Shown: positions 63,086 to 64,000 of the stretch, in pieces
Position numbering within the stretch: position 1 is the stretch's first letter
Layout of the letters: every line of letters begins with the position of its first letter
From: Harriotta raleighana
Lineage: Eukaryota
Assembly: GCA_050575255.1 (NCBI GenBank)
Contig: JBNZDD010013714.1
Span: forward strand, 8,749,900-8,813,899
Direction of reading: 5' to 3'
DNA: 64,000 nt
Position numbers and translations under genes: made by a program
Notes under the pieces: generated by a model
The model's database searches: none
What the model saw: only the letters and a program-made list of their open reading frames with translations
What the model was told of the DNA's origin: nothing

Positions 63086-64000
63086 TTTAGTCAATCTACA
63101 AGATGCGTGATATAAAATGATCTTATGCTTGCTGCAGTGTCTATTGTCTGGGCCTCTTGTCATTAATACCACCCAGATTCCTGTTGCCATCACTTGGCTG
63201 CTATATTTGTGCAGCATAAACAAACCACAAAACACGAAGGAAATCAGTTGTTGGCCAATAACGTGACCAGAATAGATAGGTCAAAAGGAAAATATAAGGT
63301 GAATTGGGTGCACAACCGAACTTGTAAATTCAATACAAAAGGAGAAACAAACTAAAATGAATAATTTTAGCAACCAAAACTTTCCAGGCCACTGCACAGT
63401 ATTCTTCAGTGAAGTTCTACACCAACACTCTGATTCCTAAATCTATCTGCGTGCATTTCGATCCTATGGGATTTTAGAAAATAAGGCTTTTGCAGCTCAG
63501 CTCACACACTGTTATTAGGTCTGGTTCGGAAATATAATAACATAGGGATAAAAAAGCAAACAGCATTGGGAAAACATTGTCATAACACTAAATTATTATA
63601 TAAATATAAAAAGAACTATGTCCGTGAAATATTTGCTTGAAGAACATCCCTGGATGATGGCTTTACTGTATTGTTCTTATTCCTAAGAGATCCATAACAA
63701 AATCGGATATGCCATGTCAACACATGAATCATAGTGTAAATGCATGTACATGTTAGAGGCAAAGCTATATTCTGGGGAAAATGCATGGAGCAGTTGCGTT
63801 TTTTCACTTATAAGCTATAATTGGTTGTATTGTGGAAACCGCTTTACAGCACAACAAACAGCAAAATTACATTTAATTTGATTGGATTCGGTTTTACATT
63901 TCGTACTTGAAACATTTACTGAAAACTATCATATGTCTACTTCATACGGTGCTGAAGCTTCCACTTACACCACTGGGTCAACACACTCCATTGCTATTAA

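Noticed and set aside
1-64000. CRISPR arrays, operons or other prokaryotic/viral systems
   Set aside because: No regularly spaced repeat-spacer array or dense coding; the sequence is vertebrate non-coding DNA.

Overview
AT-rich vertebrate non-coding DNA (a large intron or gene desert), with one 132-N assembly gap at 41710-41841. The repeat content suggests a cartilaginous fish, probably a holocephalan such as Callorhinchus; this is inferred from recalled repeat families, not from a search. It includes a tRNA-headed SINE with an L2-type tail ending (TTA)n, DeuSINE/SacSINE1-like heads, CR1 with octamer tails, L2 with (TTG)n tails and a Penelope-type fragment. No host protein-coding gene could be identified. 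The only recognisable protein-coding remnants are L2/CR1 ORF2 fragments and a decayed ZBED4/ZBED6-like hAT transposase. Best second-look items: a 133-bp, 97%-identical inverted repeat with TGT...ACA ends (48228-49366), a Tigger-type MITE, a decayed Penelope hammerhead motif, several nested or abortive retro-insertions with readable junctions, candidate minus-strand exons or a recursive splice site, and repeat-free blocks resembling conserved enhancers. I cannot support a claim of a new biological system from this sequence alone.
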